A stretch of 64,000 bases of DNA from Cyanobacteria bacterium P01_D01_bin.156. Lineage in GTDB: Bacteria > Cyanobacteriota > Cyanobacteriia > Phormidesmidales > Phormidesmidaceae. A model generated the notes under the pieces. The model was given only the letters and a program-made list of their open reading frames with translations, was not told the origin of the DNA and did no database searches. The stretch covers positions 1 through 64,000 of the forward strand of contig JBCCQQ010000032.1 in the NCBI GenBank assembly GCA_039024555.1, in the 5' to 3' direction. Position numbers and translations under genes: made by a program. Shown piece by piece: positions 61,828-64,000 of this stretch; position 1 is the first letter of the stretch; each line of letters opens with the position of its first letter.

Positions 61828-62988
61828 ATGGGACAAACAGCACAAACAATCGGCATTATTGGTGGTGGCCAATTAGCGTGGATGATGGCTCCTGGCGCAG
61901 AACAGTTGGGCTTAAGCTTGTTGATTCAAACCCCCAATGCCTCAGATCCGGCAGTTGCCATCGCTAAAAATGTAGTGCTAGGTCCGGTGGCCGATGCCGA
62001 TGCCACAGCTGTCTTGGCAAAGCAATGTGACATTGTGAGCTTTGAAAACGAGTTTATTGACTTACCAGCGTTGCAACGTTTGGCACATCAAGGGACACAA
62101 TTTTATCCGCAGCTTCATTGTCTAGCACCGTTATTAGATAAATATGAGCAACGACTATATTGCCAGTCGATTGGGTTGCCGTCCCCAATATTTACCACCT
62201 TGGAAGCAGAGGCTGACCTCCCAAAGTTAGAAGACTGTGTAGCCATGGTTGGCTTACCGCTGGCTCTGAAAACCCGCCGTCATGGGTATGACGGTCAAGG
62301 CACATTTATCCTAAAAAGTATTGATGCTGTTAAAACCACTTGGCAAGCCCTCAACTATCAGCCCATTCTGCTAGAAGCCTTTGTGCCGTTTGAACGGGAA
62401 CTAGCGGTGATGGTGGCCCGCTCCCAGGCTGGCGAGGTGGTGACGTATCCGGTGGTTGAATCTCAACAAATTGATCAAGTCTGTCGTCGTGTGATTGCGC
62501 CAGCCGCAGTCAAAGATACCGTATGGCACCAGGTTAATCATATGGCCACCACCCTGATGACTCAGCTGGAGGTGGTGGGGATCTTTGGGATTGAGTTATT
62601 TCTTACCGCTGATGATCGGGTCCTGCTCAATGAAATTGCTCCGCGCACCCATAATTCTGGGCATTACACCCTGGATGCCTGTGTGACGTCGCAATTTGAA
62701 CAGCAGCTGCGAGCGGTCAGTGGGCTATCCCTAGGAGCGTCCAAGATGACCTGTGCCCAGGCACTAATGATTAACCTGTTGGGGTTTGAAAATTCCACCT
62801 CTAACTACGAGGAAAAACGACAAGCGTTAGCACACTTACCTGGTGCTCATGTTTACTGGTACGGCAAGCAGGAGTCTCGATTGGGGCGCAAATTGGGACA
62901 CGTCACCTTAACCCTGGAAGAGAGCCATGGTGATCTCACTCAGCTGATTCAACAGGTGGAAGCATTGTGGTATCCGGAAGATTTTTAG
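61828..62988 (+). CDS. purK: N5-carboxyaminoimidazole ribonucleotide synthase
   Basis: IIGGGQLAWM, FENEF, GYDGQG, NEIAPRTHNSGH, SQFEQQLRA and RKLGHV. Confidence 0.96.
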   Translation: MGQTAQTIGIIGGGQLAWMMAPGAEQLGLSLLIQTPNASDPAVAIAKNVVLGPVADADATAVLAKQCDIVSFENEFIDLPALQRLAHQGTQFYPQLHCLAPLLDKYEQRLYCQSIGLPSPIFTTLEAEADLPKLEDCVAMVGLPLALKTRRHGYDGQGTFILKSIDAVKTTWQALNYQPILLEAFVPFERELAVMVARSQAGEVVTYPVVESQQIDQVCRRVIAPAAVKDTVWHQVNHMATTLMTQLEVVGIFGIELFLTADDRVLLNEIAPRTHNSGHYTLDACVTSQFEQQLRAVSGLSLGASKMTCAQALMINLLGFENSTSNYEEKRQALAHLPGAHVYWYGKQESRLGRKLGHVTLTLEESHGDLTQLIQQVEALWYPEDF

Positions 62989-63152
62989 ACTTTGATGGCA
63001 CGTTAGAAGTCTAAATTGTTAGAAAACCCACTATCCATGTTCTATTCCCAATTGTTCTATTTGAAATAGTGATTGAGGTGTGGACAACCGCTCAATCATA
63101 TCTATCAATTTACCCTTGTCGAGTTACTGGGGCAGTTAGCTATGATGTCTCT

Positions 63153-63337
63153 AGTTTCACTACGGCGTTGGTGACTGCCAACAATGTTTCTTGATCTATG
63201 CTTTTCACTTAAGGGCATCGACTAGGCGTGCGATGGCAGTATACCGGGCTTGTACCCGGAAACTATAAATCGCAACCACGGGCCCACCTGGATTTTCCAG
63301 GTCAAAAACTGAGGTAAGACGGCGTTGCGGTGAAACT
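63153..63337 (+). ncRNA. ssrS: 6S RNA
   Basis: 185-nt segment whose ends pair (AGTTTCAC/GTGAAACT, extended with G-U pairs). It has a TATGAT -10 at 63141-63146 and a following terminator, and lies downstream of purK, the known cyanobacterial location. Confidence 0.75.
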
Positions 63338-63348
63338 TTTAAGATTTG

Positions 63349-63381
63349 AAAAGCTCCTGGTCATTCGACCAGGAGCTTTTT
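63349..63381. terminator. Strong, potentially bidirectional intrinsic terminator
   Basis: AAAAGCTCCTGGTC-ATTC-GACCAGGAGCTTTTT perfect stem. Confidence 0.85.
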
Positions 63382-63444
63382 GCTATCAAGTGCCGAATTC
63401 GGTAGTATGATGAATGTTGCCGATAGGTACAAATATACTATCCC

Positions 63445-63918
63445 ATGGTCCAGTACACGATTCCCCAGAGCCCCGAGGATGTTTTGATCACTGTTTCTGG
63501 ACGTGATTCGGCAAAGGCCCGTGAAAAGGCTATGGATCAGCTGCTGGAAATGATGGGGAATGGTGAACTTGCAGCTGATCTGGACGATGGCTTTACCCCA
63601 AAGGATTTTATTGAAGTGAAAGAACATCAGACAGAGCCTACTGCTGAAGAAAATGCAGTTGTTGATGCGGTTCAAGTGCTCAGTAACTTGGCCAACTTGA
63701 AAATCAAGGTGCAGGGTTCTCGCAGTGAGGCGCTTAAGGTCAGAGAGCTGGTGGATTTGCTGTTTACGGATGATGTGATTACCGATGAGCAGCTGGACGA
63801 GTTAAAAAGCGGCTTTAAGGTGTTAAAGACGTTTGCCCAGAGTAATCTGCGGTATAAAGATGCCCGCGAAAATGCTGAAGAAGCCCGTCAGGTGCTAGAT
63901 GCAGCCCTGGGCGGCTAA
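63445..63918 (+). CDS. Hypothetical acidic/coiled-coil protein
   Basis: 157-aa ORF with ordinary protein-like composition; function not recognised. Confidence 0.75.
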   Translation: MVQYTIPQSPEDVLITVSGRDSAKAREKAMDQLLEMMGNGELAADLDDGFTPKDFIEVKEHQTEPTAEENAVVDAVQVLSNLANLKIKVQGSRSEALKVRELVDLLFTDDVITDEQLDELKSGFKVLKTFAQSNLRYKDARENAEEARQVLDAALGG

Positions 63919-64000
63919 GTTAGCAATCTGTTAAAAGTACCCAGGGTCCCTTTGTGTCCATCTGGGGATCGCTATCTGCCTAAGGATATATGCGATCGCG

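Larger units (their letters stand above)
1518..63999. repeat. HIP1 octamer (GCGATCGC) dispersed across the window
   Basis: More than 20 copies seen by eye (e.g. 1518, 28476, 37721, 63992). This is a cyanobacterial hallmark. Confidence 0.9.

Noticed and set aside
670..63675. Many short ORF-track entries overlapping long genes (e.g. 23660-24160, 46278-46685, 63361-63675)
   Set aside because: They are antisense or alternate-frame shadows of well-supported genes and have no motifs.
1..64000. CRISPR array, rRNA or tRNA genes
   Set aside because: No regularly spaced repeats, cas genes, cloverleaf or rRNA-like sequence was seen by eye.

Overview
This is a chromosomal window from a cyanobacterium, shown by frequent HIP1 octamers (GCGATCGC), cruF/cruG, xisH/xisI, NtcA-like sites and a likely 6S RNA after purK. 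It opens with a GTPase gene cut by a probable IS end. Next come a TMEM175 channel, a histidine phosphatase, a YHS protein, two hybrid histidine kinases, an AAA+/DUF4143 ATPase and hydrolases. A ~15 kb amine/methylated-amine catabolic cluster follows, with two GlnT-type glutamylases, a GATase, an AgcS transporter, Fe-ADH, ALDH, GntR, a SolA-like oxidase, a Rieske oxygenase and a dimethylglycine oxidase-like enzyme. The best candidate for an undescribed system is an AT-rich, HIP1-free four-gene operon at 29.4-34.4 kb. It encodes a DUF6884/YaaA-like protein, a HerA ATPase, a NurA-like nuclease and a TGT-fold transglycosylase, and may be a 7-deazaguanine-linked DNA modification/defence system. After it are DUF4058, xisHI and a GntR/desaturase-like/MetX-like unit. 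A fermentation locus follows (acetate-CoA ligase-GNAT divergent from pflB-pflA-adhE-glgX), then a DGC, GT1, cruF-cruG, a NAGPA-family gene and a WecB/TagA glycosyltransferase. The window ends with an XdhC-like gene bracketed by a duplicated 91-bp element, purK and 6S RNA. All family calls come from recognising motifs by eye; no searches were run.
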